A DNA stretch of 60,763 nt, filler included. It is 5 parts of 5 records of this genome, joined end to end, with 100 filler letters (N's around TTAATTAATTAA, not from the genome) between each part and the next. Parts side by side here need not be neighbours in the genome. Positions count along the whole stretch, not along the records: positions 29,689 to 60,763 come from DRR723986_6273; 4 more parts are not named here. One strand, written 5' to 3'. Position 1 is the first letter of the stretch; every line of letters starts with the position of its first letter. The translations under genes were made by a program, and so were the position numbers. The notes beneath the pieces are model-generated. The model saw only the letters and a program-made list of their open reading frames with translations. It ran no database searches and was not told the DNA's origin. Below, piece after piece: positions 49,905 to 60,763 of the stretch.

Positions 49905-52900
49905 ATGAAAAAAATGAAGCCCTCATTTTTATATTCAGTTGTAGTTCTTATTGCTTTCACATTTATCACAAACTCTTCCTTTGCGGCGGACCTTTATTGG
50001 GTGAATGGCTCTGGAAATTGGAACGACTCAAACCATTGGTCAACAAGTTCTGGAGGCTCCACATCAAGCGCAATTCCGGGCCCAGGAGACAACGTGCATT
50101 TTGACTTGAATTCCTTTCCGGCAACAAATAATATTATTACAATCGCCCAAAACATTTCTATCAACAACGTCAAAATTAACGGTGCCCATTTTTTCGTTTT
50201 GGACGCACCCAATCACAACCTTGAGGTAAAAGGAGATTTTACAGCCAACACAAAATTTCACCTTAACGCTGACGAATTGACCTTTAACGGAAATGGAAAT
50301 CATGTAATTAACACGAACAATTGTGATATTTCAGCTACCGTTGCTTTTGAAAACGGAACTTGGAATTTAAACGGGCACCTACAAACGACCGCATTGAAAT
50401 CAATTTATTTTAATGGAGGAATAATCCATTCTAACGGCTTTAGCATAGCTGCTGAGTCAGTTATTGCTAATGTAGACCCAGTTCAATTAGATTTTACGAA
50501 CTCTTATATCGTTGGATTTAATTCAATTGATTTGAGCCAAGCCGCTAACATTGGTGGAAACACTATCTTTTTCACAGTTGATAATGACGTTTTAGATTCC
50601 AAAAAAGGGGGCTTTAACAATGCAACATTTCAGCGTGATCAGACGGTAAACTGCACATTTATGGGTAATCCTACCGGATTAACGGTTGATATCACAACTT
50701 CTGATTACAACGGTGTAGATGTTTCTTGTGATGGGGTTTGTGATGGTACAATTACCATATCTGCCGCTGGTACAGCAGGACCATATTCATATAGCCTGAA
50801 CGGAAGTCCGTACTCTTCACAAACCGTTTATACTGGTCTATGCCAGGCAACCTATACTATTTCAGTGAAAGATTCGTCTCAAGAAATTGGAGTCGGTTCA
50901 GGAGTTTTTGTGAATTGTAATACTACAGAACCTATTACTCCTCCTGGCCCACTGATTCTAAATTTACTCGGCGCACCAGGTGATGTCTCATGTTTTGGCG
51001 TTTGTGATGCGAATGCGCTTACAGATCCTTTTGGAGGGACTCCATTTCCCAACCCTCAACCCCCCTATATTGTAACTTGGGCAACAAGTGGCGAGGTTAC
51101 ACCATTCCCCAATTTTCTGTGCGCAGGGCTGAACCCGGTATCTATAGAGGATGCTAATGGCTGTATTTTAAATACTTCCATTACCATAAATGGACCACCT
51201 GACATTACTGGTGTTTTCAGCATAATTGAACCGACATGTAACGGAGATTGTGATGGAGAAGTGTCAATTATTCCAGGTGGAGGAAATGGTGGCGCCTATA
51301 CCTATGTTTGGACACCTGTGCCAGCTACATCCGGCCAAGGATCGGAACCTGGAATCGGGTTCTGTGCTGGAGTGATTAATGTTACGATTGGAGATGTTGC
51401 AGGTTGTACTAAAGACACTACCGTAACTATGACAGAACCTCAGGTATTAACTGCTGCACCGACAGCAGATGCAGCGACAAGTTGTTTTGGCTCATGTGAT
51501 GGGCAAGCAAGCGCAAATCCAAGTGGAGGAGCCGGAAACAATAACTTTGAATGGTTCACTTGTGCTGGTGTATCTACCGGCATAACTGATGAAAATCCCA
51601 ACACGCTTTGTGCCGGAGATTATTATGTGGTAGTTACTGATCAAAATGGACTAGGATGTTCTTTTCAAAGTGGTTGTATTACCATAACTGAACCAACAGA
51701 AATTGACGCTACTGCTGATGCTTATCAGGTTTCTTGTTTTGGAGTGTGTGATGGATCTGTTGATGTTGACGCAACCGGAGGTGTTCTTCCTTACACTTAT
51801 TCATGGGTAACTGTTCCAGGAGGAACTGGAGTTGGAGCCAACGATACCTTATTTGGACTTTGTCCCGGATTATATGAAGTAATCGTTACGGATGCAAACC
51901 TTTGTAATTCAACACCAGATACGGTAGAAATTCTTGAACCAGCACCAGTCACCTTATTGCTTAATGGAACCGACCCAACTTGTTATGACCTATGTGATGG
52001 ATCTGTTGTTGCCACTCCAGGAGGAGGTACGGCTCCATATGGATTCAATTGGATACCAGCACCAGGAGCTGGACAAGGAACTGCGAACGGAACCAACATG
52101 TGTGCAGGCACATATGATGTAACTTTAACCGATCTTAATGGATGTAATGTTACCGAGCAAGTCATCCTAAATAATCCACCTCAGTATGATATAACTACGG
52201 CCCAAACCAACTTGCAGTGTGCTGGAGATGCAAACGGGACAATTGATGTGACCGTGAACTCCGGAGGTTCTGGCGTTGGTTATACTTATACCTGGGTACC
52301 TGCGGCACCTATTGGTGACGGCACTCCTAATGTGTCAGGTCTAACTGCGGGTGTTTGGTGCGTTACTATTCAAGATGATCAACTCTGTGATACTACACTT
52401 TGTTTCACAATTTCAGAACCAAACCCATTAACAGCAAACGCATCAGTTATATCGCATGTCACCTGTTTTGCAGATTGTGACGGTTCCGGACAAGTAGTAA
52501 TTAATGGAGGAACTGCTCCTTATGTGATTTCTTGGGCACCAGGAGGGCAATCTTCACAAGTAGCAAGTAACCTTTGTGCAGGAAATTATACTGTAACAGT
52601 AACAGACGCAAATTTATGTTCTGTAAATGATAACATCACAATCAACCAACCCACTCAATTCGACCTGAGTATGTCTCAAACCGACATTAGTTGTTTCGGT
52701 GATTGTGTAGGTGATGCAACCATTACAGTGAATAGCGGCGGAACTCCTCCATACGTATATCAATGGAATGATCCGCTATTACAAACCAACCCTACAGCCA
52801 TCAATCTATGCGCAGGAAACTATACAGTTACAGTTACCGATCAAAACCTATGTGATACAGTCATAGCTTATACTATAATTGAGCCAGCTCAGATCGTAAT

Positions 52901-55900
52901 CGATACCAACGTTACCAATTCTTCTTGCTTTGGCACATGCTCAGGTGAAGCAAATATCACCTTAGTTGGTGGAACTGGAGCATACAATTTCGAATGGTTT
53001 GATGTTGCTACTGGCCTTCCGCTTGGTGTTAATAACGATTCAATTTCAGGTCTATGTCCTGGACAATATTATGCACAAGTGACTGATGCTGCACTTTGTG
53101 TAGTAAATTCTGATACCATAACAATTACTGAACTTCCACCAATAAACACGTCTATTATATCTATTGGAGATGCCACTTGTGGTGTATGTGATGGAACGGC
53201 TGAGGTGCTGGCAACAGGAGGTACAGGGACGTTTACATATACTTGGACTCCGGTGCCAGGAACTGGTCAAGGAACAACAACTGTAACTGGACTATGTGCT
53301 GGTGCTTATTCAGTTGCCGCAACAGATCAAGCTGGTTGTACCGCAAACATTGCAGTTAACGTTAATAGTGTAGCCTTAGAAGTAACAACAATGGACTCTA
53401 CAGACATCACTTGTTTTGGGTTGTGTGATGGAACCGCCACAATAAGTTACAATGTTTTAGACCCTCCTTACACAGTAACCTGGTTCGATAACTTAACTGG
53501 ATTACCAATAGGAATTGTAGACAACCCCGCTTCACAACCCAGTACAGCGACAGGTCTATGCGCTGGAGAATATCTTGCGGTTTTGACGAATCAATCTGGA
53601 TGTGTAACCTCTGACACCATACAAGTTAACGAACCGCCTCAAATTACTGGAAGCGTTACACCAACCCCTGTTACATGTAACGGAGCGTGTGACGGATCAG
53701 CAGCAGCAGTTGCTGCAGGCGGCACCGGTGTATTGACTTATACATGGGGACCTGGCCTTCCAGGTGCTGGTCAGGGAACGCCAAATGCAAGTGGAATGTG
53801 TGCAGGTAACTGGACTGTTACAGTAACAGATGCGCAAGGTTGTACGGCTGCATTCCCAACAACTATTTCAGAACCAGTTGTACTTGCCATTACAAGCGAA
53901 AACTCTACTAATATCAGTTGTTTCGGAGCAAATGATGGAACTGCAACAATAATTCATTCTGGTGGTATCCCACCGTACAATTATCAATGGATAGATTGTA
54001 ATACAGGTTTACCAATTGGACAAACCTCACAAATGGCAACGAACCTACCAGCGGGAGATTATCAAGTTGTTGTAACTGATGCTAACGGTTGTAACGTCAC
54101 AAGTAACTGCCTACCTGTAATTGAACCCTCTGCTATCACGGCAAATTTAAATGCCAGTCCGGTAAACTGTTTTGGATTTTGTGATGGTCTTATTGATGTT
54201 GTACCGGCAGGAGGATCTGCCCCATATTTTTATCAATGGCAAGATGAATTTTTTGTTGACCTCCCAGGTCAAACTAATGACACGTTAAATAATGTTTGTC
54301 AAGGAATGTATAATGTTGTAGTAACGGATTTCAATGGCTGCTCAATGACTTTTGGGCCTGTAGACATGACCTCTCCAACCGACCCGTGGAATGTCACTAC
54401 TAGCCAAACAAATGTTACCTGTTCTGGTAATTGTGATGGTACAGCAGGAGTCATTGTTGTCGCTGGAAACAATCCGCCATATACTTATCAATGGGATGAT
54501 CCTTTGGCACAAATTACTCCAACAGCAACTTTTCTGTGCCCTGGAGTTTATACTGTAACCATCACGGATGCTAGTATTTGTGACACTACTATTCAATTTA
54601 CAATTGTAGATGCCAATCCAATAATAGCCAATGCTACTATCAATAATGTGCAATGCTTCGGGGATTGCACTGGGTCTGTAACTGTTGCACCAACTGGTGG
54701 TGATGGCACATACACTGTTAATTGGTCCGATTTACAAACTGGGCTGACTGCTTCAAATTTATGTAGCGGAGCAATAACTGCTACAATTACTGATGGTGGA
54801 GGATGTTTTATTGATACTACTATCAATATTACTGAACCACCTGCATTAGTTGCAAATTCAACATTCTCAAATAATGCCAGTTGTGGGGCATGTAATGGTA
54901 GTGCAACACTAAACATGGGTGGTGGAGTTGGACCTTATACTTACGATTGGACGCCAGACCCTGCTGGAGGTGATGGAAATAATAATGCGACAGGCCTGTG
55001 TCCTGGTGTCGTTTCAGTATTGGTTACTGATGCCAATGGATGTACTTTAACAGAAGTCTTTGCTATATCAGATATCAATTCTGAAATTCTAACTATGGAT
55101 TCAATTGATGTTAGTTGTTTTGGTGCCTGTGATGGATCCGCAATAGTTAACTACGTATGTAGTGACCCAGGATGTACAAATCAATGGTATGATGGAGCCA
55201 CAGCAACCCCAATAGCTGGTGAAACAGGAACTACTTTGGCAAATCAATGTGCTGGTGATTATTATGTTGAGGTCACAAACGCTTCTGGTTGTGTTGCTGT
55301 TGGGCTCACAACTATAACAGGGCCAACACAAATAATAGCCAACGAAAACATTTCGCAAATTACATGTAATGGCGCTGGTGATGGTCAAATAGATCTTTTC
55401 CCTAGTGGGGGTTCTGGTGCAGGATATACTTATGTTTGGAATCCTGTTCCTCCAAATGGACAAGGAACAAGTCAAGCGATCGGTCTCGGAGGAGGTATCT
55501 GGTGTGTAGATATTACTGACAGTGATGGTTGTACAGAAAACTATTGTTACAATTTAACAGAGCCAACAGCAATCGTAATTACCCCAACTATAACAGACCC
55601 ATTATGTAATGGTAGTTGCAATGGAATTATTTCGGTTTCTGTAAGTGGCGGAACAGGTGGATATAACTTCCAATGGTTTGATGGTGGGGGTGCTCCAATT
55701 GGTACAAACAACCCAATTATTGGATCATTATGTGCCGGTAATTACTCCGTAGATGTTACTGATGCCGGTGGATGTACTCAAACGTTGAATGTTACGCTTA
55801 CAGAGCCTAATCCAATCAGCACCGCTATTGCAAGCACAAACGTACAATGCTTTGGCGCTTGTGATGGAACCATAACAGTAACCCCGGCGGGAGGATTTCC

Positions 55901-58900
55901 ACCATATACGGTCAATTGGTTTAACTCAACTACTGGATTATTAATTGGACAATCAGGAGTAACGGCATCTAATTTATGTCCTGGTGACTTCCACGCTGTG
56001 ATTACGGATGCCAATGGGTGCAGCTTTACATCAGCAACAACAACAATCACCGAACCGGCAGAATTAACGTGGACATTAACAACAAATGACGCTTCATGTT
56101 TCGGAGTCTGTGATGGAGACGCCACAATTACACCTCTAGGAGGCACTCCTGCTTATATTTATGAATGGCTAGATATTACAGGAACACCAATAGTAGGAGG
56201 AACGAATCCTATGGTTGCAAACCTTTGTGCTGGAAATTACACAGTACAAGTAACCGACCAAAACGGTTGTACATCAGGACAAGAACCAGTGGTTATTAAT
56301 GAATTTCCTCAAATTACAGGTAACGTCTTCAGTAATGATGCAACTTGCGGATTAAATGATGGAAATGCAACAGTGTTTGCCAATGGAGGTAATCAACCAT
56401 TTGTATATCAATGGTATGACAACTTGCTCAATCCATTAGTTGGAGAAACTAACAATGTATTATTAAATGCTGCTGCCGGTACTTACTTTGTAGATGTTAC
56501 TGATCAAAATGGCTGTACAACACAATTTCAAGCCAACATTTCAAATATCCCTTCAACAACTCTTACATGGGATGCCGTTAATCACCCAAGTTGTTTTGGA
56601 GCGGCTGATGGAAGTTTAGCAATTACAACTACAGCCGTTAGTCCACCTCTGGTTTATCAATGGAATCCTGGAGGATTAATCGCAGAAGATCCAACCGGAT
56701 TAACTGCAGGTAATTGGACTCTTCAAATCACGGATGCTTTGGGCTGCATTAATTTTTATGACACTACACTTATTGACCCAAGCCCAATTATAGTTACTCC
56801 TACCACTATTCCTACAGACTGTGGCCAATGTAATGGTGCGATAACGGTGGCCGTAAGTGGTGGAACCGGCACATTAAACATACTTTGGAATACATCCGAT
56901 ACTGGACCTACAATTACAGGATTATGTTCTAGTATTTATGAAGCTCAAGTGACAGATCAAAACGGTTGTCAAGTTACTGAACCAATTGATGTTCCAAATA
57001 ATGGAGGCCTCACGGAAGATGTGGTAATTCAGGCAATTACATGTGCTGGGTCTTGTGATGGTCAAGCAACTGTAACAGGGATTGGGGGAACTCCTCCATA
57101 TACTTACTTATGGCTACATGATAATTCAACAGCACAAACTCAAACAAACTTATGCGCTGGATCATATTTCTGCGAGATTACTGACGCCGCAGGTTGTGTA
57201 AGATCTATTGAAGTAGAAATGACTGATCCAAATGCAATAGACGCCACTGCATTAATTTCCAACCCAGCATGTGGTGTTAATGACGGCTCTATTACAGTGA
57301 GTTCGAGCAATGGTATTTTACCTCATACTTATCTTTGGAACACATTAGATGTCACACCGGTAATTTCAAACCTTGGTGCTGGAACTTATACATTAACGAT
57401 TACAGATGCAGCTGGATGCTCTCAAGACTTTGTGTATGGGCTTAGCAATTCAGATGCAGCGATAGCTATGTTAAGCAGTATAGATGTAAACTGTCATGGT
57501 GTATGTGATGGACAAGGAGACACACTTTCTGTAACGGGAGGAACAGGACCTTACTCATTTGATTGGTTGGATAATACCGGTTCCTCTACTGGAATATTAA
57601 CTCCTTTAGCAACGGGATTATGCGCTGGCGATTACATGTTACAAATTACGGATGCATTAGGTTGTATCTCATTTGAAAACATTACCATCAATGAACCGGA
57701 TACAGTAATACTCAATCCATTGTTCAGTGTTGACCCATCATGTGCTGGATTATGTGACGGTGAGTTAATTGCGAATCCAATTGGCGGAACATTACCATTT
57801 GGATTCCTATGGGACGATCCAGCCGCTCAAAGCACCATTACAGCAACAGGACTTTGTGACGGTAATTTTAATGTAGATATTACTGATGCAAACGGTTGTA
57901 CGTTTACTCAGTCTGGAACTGTTACGGAACCAAGCGCTATTACCGTGGTTACTGATAGTATAATTGATGCTACATGTTTAAACTCACCAGACGGTGAAAT
58001 CTATATAACTATTTCAGGCGGAACTCCGGGATATACAACTCAGTGGGTTTCACAAACACTCACTGATACAATCCCTGATGAGGACCCAACTGGGTTGTTG
58101 CCAATGGATTATTATTTAACTATAACGGATGCTAACGGCTGTATGGTCATGGACACCATGTCTGTTGATACCTTGCTAGTTGTTTTAGTAGATGCAGGTT
58201 TAGACACTCTTTTATGTTCTGGGTTTGGAACAAGTTTATTTGCTACTTCAAATGTTGACCCAATGGGCGATTATACTTGGTATGACATCAGCATGACTAC
58301 CAACTTAAGTGACACAAACGAACTTGTAATCAACCCTGGCAACCCAGGCGTTACAGATTATATTATTGAAGTCACTTTAAACGGATGCTCTCATTCAGAT
58401 ACAATTTCAGTTACAACAACCTCTCCATTCACTGTAGATGCTGGACCAGATGTAGACATGTTTGCTACTCAAACCGAATCCATTGGAGGGAATCCAACAT
58501 CCAATGAAGTCACGCACGTGTATTCATGGACTCCAAGTCTATTCTTATCTGATACCACCTCAGCTAATCCAAGTGTGATTCAGCCTACTTCGTCAAATTG
58601 GTATTTCGTTACCGCAACAGATACAAATGGGTGTACCAACATAGATTCTATGTATGTTGAACTGCAACCTGACATAATAATTCCTGATGGTATTTCACCA
58701 GACGGAAATGGGCTTAACGATACTTGGATACTCGACTTTATGGAACTATATCCGGGTGTAAGCATGGAAATTAATGTTTATAATAGATGGGGAGAGCCGT
58801 TGTTCACATCTGACGAAACTTACCAAGATGATTGGGGTGGAACAACAAAAGACGGTAAAAAACTTCCAGCAGGGACTTACTATTATACTATAACAATTGA

Positions 58901-58952
58901 TCATGAGGACTTCCCAGATCCGTTTACTGGTCCGATAACAATAATGTGGTAA
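49905..58952 (+). CDS. giant Cys-rich SprB-like repeat protein with T9SS type-B CTD
   Basis: Signal peptide, YWVNGSGNWND..HWS motif, roughly 30 repeats of C.G.CDG..GG..PY.Y.W..LC.G.Y.V.VTD..GC, CTD ISPDGNGLND.W..YNRWG..GTYYY. Start 49881 or 49905. Confidence 0.9.
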   Translation: MKKMKPSFLYSVVVLIAFTFITNSSFAADLYWVNGSGNWNDSNHWSTSSGGSTSSAIPGPGDNVHFDLNSFPATNNIITIAQNISINNVKINGAHFFVLDAPNHNLEVKGDFTANTKFHLNADELTFNGNGNHVINTNNCDISATVAFENGTWNLNGHLQTTALKSIYFNGGIIHSNGFSIAAESVIANVDPVQLDFTNSYIVGFNSIDLSQAANIGGNTIFFTVDNDVLDSKKGGFNNATFQRDQTVNCTFMGNPTGLTVDITTSDYNGVDVSCDGVCDGTITISAAGTAGPYSYSLNGSPYSSQTVYTGLCQATYTISVKDSSQEIGVGSGVFVNCNTTEPITPPGPLILNLLGAPGDVSCFGVCDANALTDPFGGTPFPNPQPPYIVTWATSGEVTPFPNFLCAGLNPVSIEDANGCILNTSITINGPPDITGVFSIIEPTCNGDCDGEVSIIPGGGNGGAYTYVWTPVPATSGQGSEPGIGFCAGVINVTIGDVAGCTKDTTVTMTEPQVLTAAPTADAATSCFGSCDGQASANPSGGAGNNNFEWFTCAGVSTGITDENPNTLCAGDYYVVVTDQNGLGCSFQSGCITITEPTEIDATADAYQVSCFGVCDGSVDVDATGGVLPYTYSWVTVPGGTGVGANDTLFGLCPGLYEVIVTDANLCNSTPDTVEILEPAPVTLLLNGTDPTCYDLCDGSVVATPGGGTAPYGFNWIPAPGAGQGTANGTNMCAGTYDVTLTDLNGCNVTEQVILNNPPQYDITTAQTNLQCAGDANGTIDVTVNSGGSGVGYTYTWVPAAPIGDGTPNVSGLTAGVWCVTIQDDQLCDTTLCFTISEPNPLTANASVISHVTCFADCDGSGQVVINGGTAPYVISWAPGGQSSQVASNLCAGNYTVTVTDANLCSVNDNITINQPTQFDLSMSQTDISCFGDCVGDATITVNSGGTPPYVYQWNDPLLQTNPTAINLCAGNYTVTVTDQNLCDTVIAYTIIEPAQIVIDTNVTNSSCFGTCSGEANITLVGGTGAYNFEWFDVATGLPLGVNNDSISGLCPGQYYAQVTDAALCVVNSDTITITELPPINTSIISIGDATCGVCDGTAEVLATGGTGTFTYTWTPVPGTGQGTTTVTGLCAGAYSVAATDQAGCTANIAVNVNSVALEVTTMDSTDITCFGLCDGTATISYNVLDPPYTVTWFDNLTGLPIGIVDNPASQPSTATGLCAGEYLAVLTNQSGCVTSDTIQVNEPPQITGSVTPTPVTCNGACDGSAAAVAAGGTGVLTYTWGPGLPGAGQGTPNASGMCAGNWTVTVTDAQGCTAAFPTTISEPVVLAITSENSTNISCFGANDGTATIIHSGGIPPYNYQWIDCNTGLPIGQTSQMATNLPAGDYQVVVTDANGCNVTSNCLPVIEPSAITANLNASPVNCFGFCDGLIDVVPAGGSAPYFYQWQDEFFVDLPGQTNDTLNNVCQGMYNVVVTDFNGCSMTFGPVDMTSPTDPWNVTTSQTNVTCSGNCDGTAGVIVVAGNNPPYTYQWDDPLAQITPTATFLCPGVYTVTITDASICDTTIQFTIVDANPIIANATINNVQCFGDCTGSVTVAPTGGDGTYTVNWSDLQTGLTASNLCSGAITATITDGGGCFIDTTINITEPPALVANSTFSNNASCGACNGSATLNMGGGVGPYTYDWTPDPAGGDGNNNATGLCPGVVSVLVTDANGCTLTEVFAISDINSEILTMDSIDVSCFGACDGSAIVNYVCSDPGCTNQWYDGATATPIAGETGTTLANQCAGDYYVEVTNASGCVAVGLTTITGPTQIIANENISQITCNGAGDGQIDLFPSGGSGAGYTYVWNPVPPNGQGTSQAIGLGGGIWCVDITDSDGCTENYCYNLTEPTAIVITPTITDPLCNGSCNGIISVSVSGGTGGYNFQWFDGGGAPIGTNNPIIGSLCAGNYSVDVTDAGGCTQTLNVTLTEPNPISTAIASTNVQCFGACDGTITVTPAGGFPPYTVNWFNSTTGLLIGQSGVTASNLCPGDFHAVITDANGCSFTSATTTITEPAELTWTLTTNDASCFGVCDGDATITPLGGTPAYIYEWLDITGTPIVGGTNPMVANLCAGNYTVQVTDQNGCTSGQEPVVINEFPQITGNVFSNDATCGLNDGNATVFANGGNQPFVYQWYDNLLNPLVGETNNVLLNAAAGTYFVDVTDQNGCTTQFQANISNIPSTTLTWDAVNHPSCFGAADGSLAITTTAVSPPLVYQWNPGGLIAEDPTGLTAGNWTLQITDALGCINFYDTTLIDPSPIIVTPTTIPTDCGQCNGAITVAVSGGTGTLNILWNTSDTGPTITGLCSSIYEAQVTDQNGCQVTEPIDVPNNGGLTEDVVIQAITCAGSCDGQATVTGIGGTPPYTYLWLHDNSTAQTQTNLCAGSYFCEITDAAGCVRSIEVEMTDPNAIDATALISNPACGVNDGSITVSSSNGILPHTYLWNTLDVTPVISNLGAGTYTLTITDAAGCSQDFVYGLSNSDAAIAMLSSIDVNCHGVCDGQGDTLSVTGGTGPYSFDWLDNTGSSTGILTPLATGLCAGDYMLQITDALGCISFENITINEPDTVILNPLFSVDPSCAGLCDGELIANPIGGTLPFGFLWDDPAAQSTITATGLCDGNFNVDITDANGCTFTQSGTVTEPSAITVVTDSIIDATCLNSPDGEIYITISGGTPGYTTQWVSQTLTDTIPDEDPTGLLPMDYYLTITDANGCMVMDTMSVDTLLVVLVDAGLDTLLCSGFGTSLFATSNVDPMGDYTWYDISMTTNLSDTNELVINPGNPGVTDYIIEVTLNGCSHSDTISVTTTSPFTVDAGPDVDMFATQTESIGGNPTSNEVTHVYSWTPSLFLSDTTSANPSVIQPTSSNWYFVTATDTNGCTNIDSMYVELQPDIIIPDGISPDGNGLNDTWILDFMELYPGVSMEINVYNRWGEPLFTSDETYQDDWGGTTKDGKKLPAGTYYYTITIDHEDFPDPFTGPITIMW

Positions 58953-58963
58953 AACGAAATCAG

Positions 58964-59884
58964 ATGAAAAAATTATTAATTATACCTTTTTTGTTCTTTT
59001 CGTTTAGCGTTATAGGACAGCAATTACCTCAGTTTACGCAATACATGTTTAACCAGTACGCCTTTAATCCGGCCTATGCTGGTCTAAACAAATATTGGGA
59101 AGCTACAACCGTTAACCGGTATCAATGGTTGGGAGTAACAGATGCACCTAGAACATTTACTTTAAGCGCACATGGACCTTTAAAAAATGAAAAAGTAGCC
59201 TTAGGAGGATATGTATACACAGATGTTGTCGGTCCAACCAGAAGAATTGGTTTCCAAGCTTCTTTCACTTATCATTTAAAGCTGACTGAGAATTTGAATA
59301 TGTCATTTGGACTTTCTGGTGGTTTCAACGAATGGTTATTAGATGCAGATAAAATCACGACCTATCATCCAAATGATTTTTATTTTTCTAATGGTCTTTT
59401 AAAGTCGTTTGAGCCTGACGCTAAATTTGGATTTTATCTTTATCATCCTGATTGGTATTTTGGGGCCTCAATTGGCCAAATGTTCCATAACAAAGTTTCA
59501 TTCCTTGAAACACAAACAAGCTCAGAAAGCTATATGGAAGACCACTTTTACTTCAATGGTGGATATAAGTTCAGGATTGGAGATGATTGGGGAATTGAAC
59601 CAACAGCTATGCTTAAAATGGGGTTGCCGGCACCAGTTAAATTCGATTTAGGAGTTCGTGGTATTTATAAAGAAACTGTATGGTTAGGTATCGGTTGGAG
59701 AAGTAATGATGCCGTAAATGCAATTATCGGTTATAAATACAAAGACATGTTAACCATTGGTTATGCTTATGACCTAACTATCACCAAACTTAAAAACTTC
59801 AACACGGGTTCACACGAAATTATGTTGGGTGTTAAATTCGGTAAAACTGGTGGCCAAAACACCAACAAACCTTCGTTGGAATAA
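58964..59884 (+). CDS. PorP/SprF family T9SS outer-membrane protein
   Basis: FTQYMFN..NPAYAG..RYQWLG..APRT, GYAYD, GSHE. Confidence 0.92.
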   Translation: MKKLLIIPFLFFSFSVIGQQLPQFTQYMFNQYAFNPAYAGLNKYWEATTVNRYQWLGVTDAPRTFTLSAHGPLKNEKVALGGYVYTDVVGPTRRIGFQASFTYHLKLTENLNMSFGLSGGFNEWLLDADKITTYHPNDFYFSNGLLKSFEPDAKFGFYLYHPDWYFGASIGQMFHNKVSFLETQTSSESYMEDHFYFNGGYKFRIGDDWGIEPTAMLKMGLPAPVKFDLGVRGIYKETVWLGIGWRSNDAVNAIIGYKYKDMLTIGYAYDLTITKLKNFNTGSHEIMLGVKFGKTGGQNTNKPSLE

Positions 59885-59924
59885 ATTTGATTATCTTCAT
59901 GCACCTCTTAAACCTAATGTGCGT

Positions 59925-60763
59925 ATGAAAAAGATCTTTCTTTTTTATCTATTTTTTGGCCTTGTGTCATTTTGTTCGATAGGACAAGACTTAAAACAAA
60001 ATATCCGTGGCACTGTCGTTGATGCTGAAACTAAATATCCCCTTGTTGGAGCTAAAGTAATCGTCACCTCTGTTGACCCACAAATTGGTGGAATATGTGA
60101 CGAGAAAGGAAACTTCACTTTACTAAATGTTCCTATTGGAAAACATCAGGTTGATGTAAAGTCTATTGGATATAACCCAAGAAGTTTAACTGTCATTGTC
60201 AATGTTGGTAAGGAATCTATTATCAACGTTCAAATGGAAGAATCCGCCGTTATGGGTGAAACTGTAGTTGTTACTGGCCGTCAGAAAGGTGAGGTCATCA
60301 ATGAAATGGCAACAGTATCAGCACAAAGTTTTTCGGTTGAAGAAACTAATCGATATGCTGGAAGTAGAGGTGACCCTGCCAGAATGATGTCAAACTATGC
60401 TGGAGCGCAAGGAACTGATGATTCTAGAAATGATCTTGTTATTAGAGGTAACTCACCATTAGGAATAATTTACCGGGTTGAGGGTGTAAGTATACCTAAC
60501 CCTAATCATTTCGCTATTGCCGGATCAACAGGAGGACCGGTATCCATTTTAAATAATAAATTTTTAGATAACTCAGACTTTTTTATGAGTGCATTTCCGG
60601 CAGAATATGGAAACAGCGTTGCCGGCGTATTTGATTTGAATTTAAGAAAAGGAAATGATCAATTACATGAATTTTCTGGGCAGTTTGGATTTCTTGGCAC
60701 TGAGCTTTTATTCGAAGGGCCTTTGTCGAAAAAAACTGGCGCCAGTTATTTGGTAATGGGCCG
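59925..60763 (+). CDS. TonB-dependent receptor (carboxypeptidase-regulatory-like N domain and plug), 3' truncated
   Basis: MKKIFLF..IRGTVVDAETKYPLVGA; plug RYAGSRGDPARM..RNDLVIRGNSP..IPNPNHF. Missing from the ORF track because it has no stop. Confidence 0.88.
   Translation, partial: MKKIFLFYLFFGLVSFCSIGQDLKQNIRGTVVDAETKYPLVGAKVIVTSVDPQIGGICDEKGNFTLLNVPIGKHQVDVKSIGYNPRSLTVIVNVGKESIINVQMEESAVMGETVVVTGRQKGEVINEMATVSAQSFSVEETNRYAGSRGDPARMMSNYAGAQGTDDSRNDLVIRGNSPLGIIYRVEGVSIPNPNHFAIAGSTGGPVSILNNKFLDNSDFFMSAFPAEYGNSVAGVFDLNLRKGNDQLHEFSGQFGFLGTELLFEGPLSKKTGASYLVMG

Noticed and set aside
49905-58952. CRISPR-like array or DGR template/variable repeats in the repetitive region
   Set aside because: Repeats are protein-level and diverged within one ORF; no reverse transcriptase or cas genes are present.

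Overview
This window is not one genome. It is five unrelated contigs joined by artificial 100-bp linkers (44 N + TTAATTAATTAA + 44 N). (1) 1-8352: GC-rich Rhodobacteraceae-like housekeeping DNA (argG 5' end, membrane protein, ilvA, Hpt protein, receiver/PP2C phosphatase, two Nudix hydrolases, hslO, cca, partial ABC transporter). (2) 8453-14363: a 5.9-kb FCB-group-like fragment with one 1685-aa multidomain surface protein, starting and ending with the same 18-mer. (3) 14464-22242: a second Rhodobacteraceae-like contig with the dcw cluster murF-mraY-murD-[opposite-strand flavoprotein]-ftsW-murG-murC. (4) 22343-29588: Marinobacter-like ponA / pilMNOPQ-aroK-aroB. (5) 29689-60763: an AT-rich Flavobacteriales-like contig with metabolic genes, a kinase/STAS-like/PP2C signalling trio, two T9SS type-B cargo + PorP/SprF pairs (one a 3023-aa Cys-rich SprB-like protein) and a partial TonB-dependent receptor. 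The best novel candidate is a small RNA system in contig 5. An unannotated promoter / 25-codon ORF / terminator unit (about 40575-40829, minus) has a leader that can pair with its own terminator. A second unit of about 100 nt (about 42982-43104, minus) is complementary to it just upstream of that terminator. No rRNA, tRNA, CRISPR array, integrase or transposase was seen. Taxonomy and domain calls are by motif recognition only.
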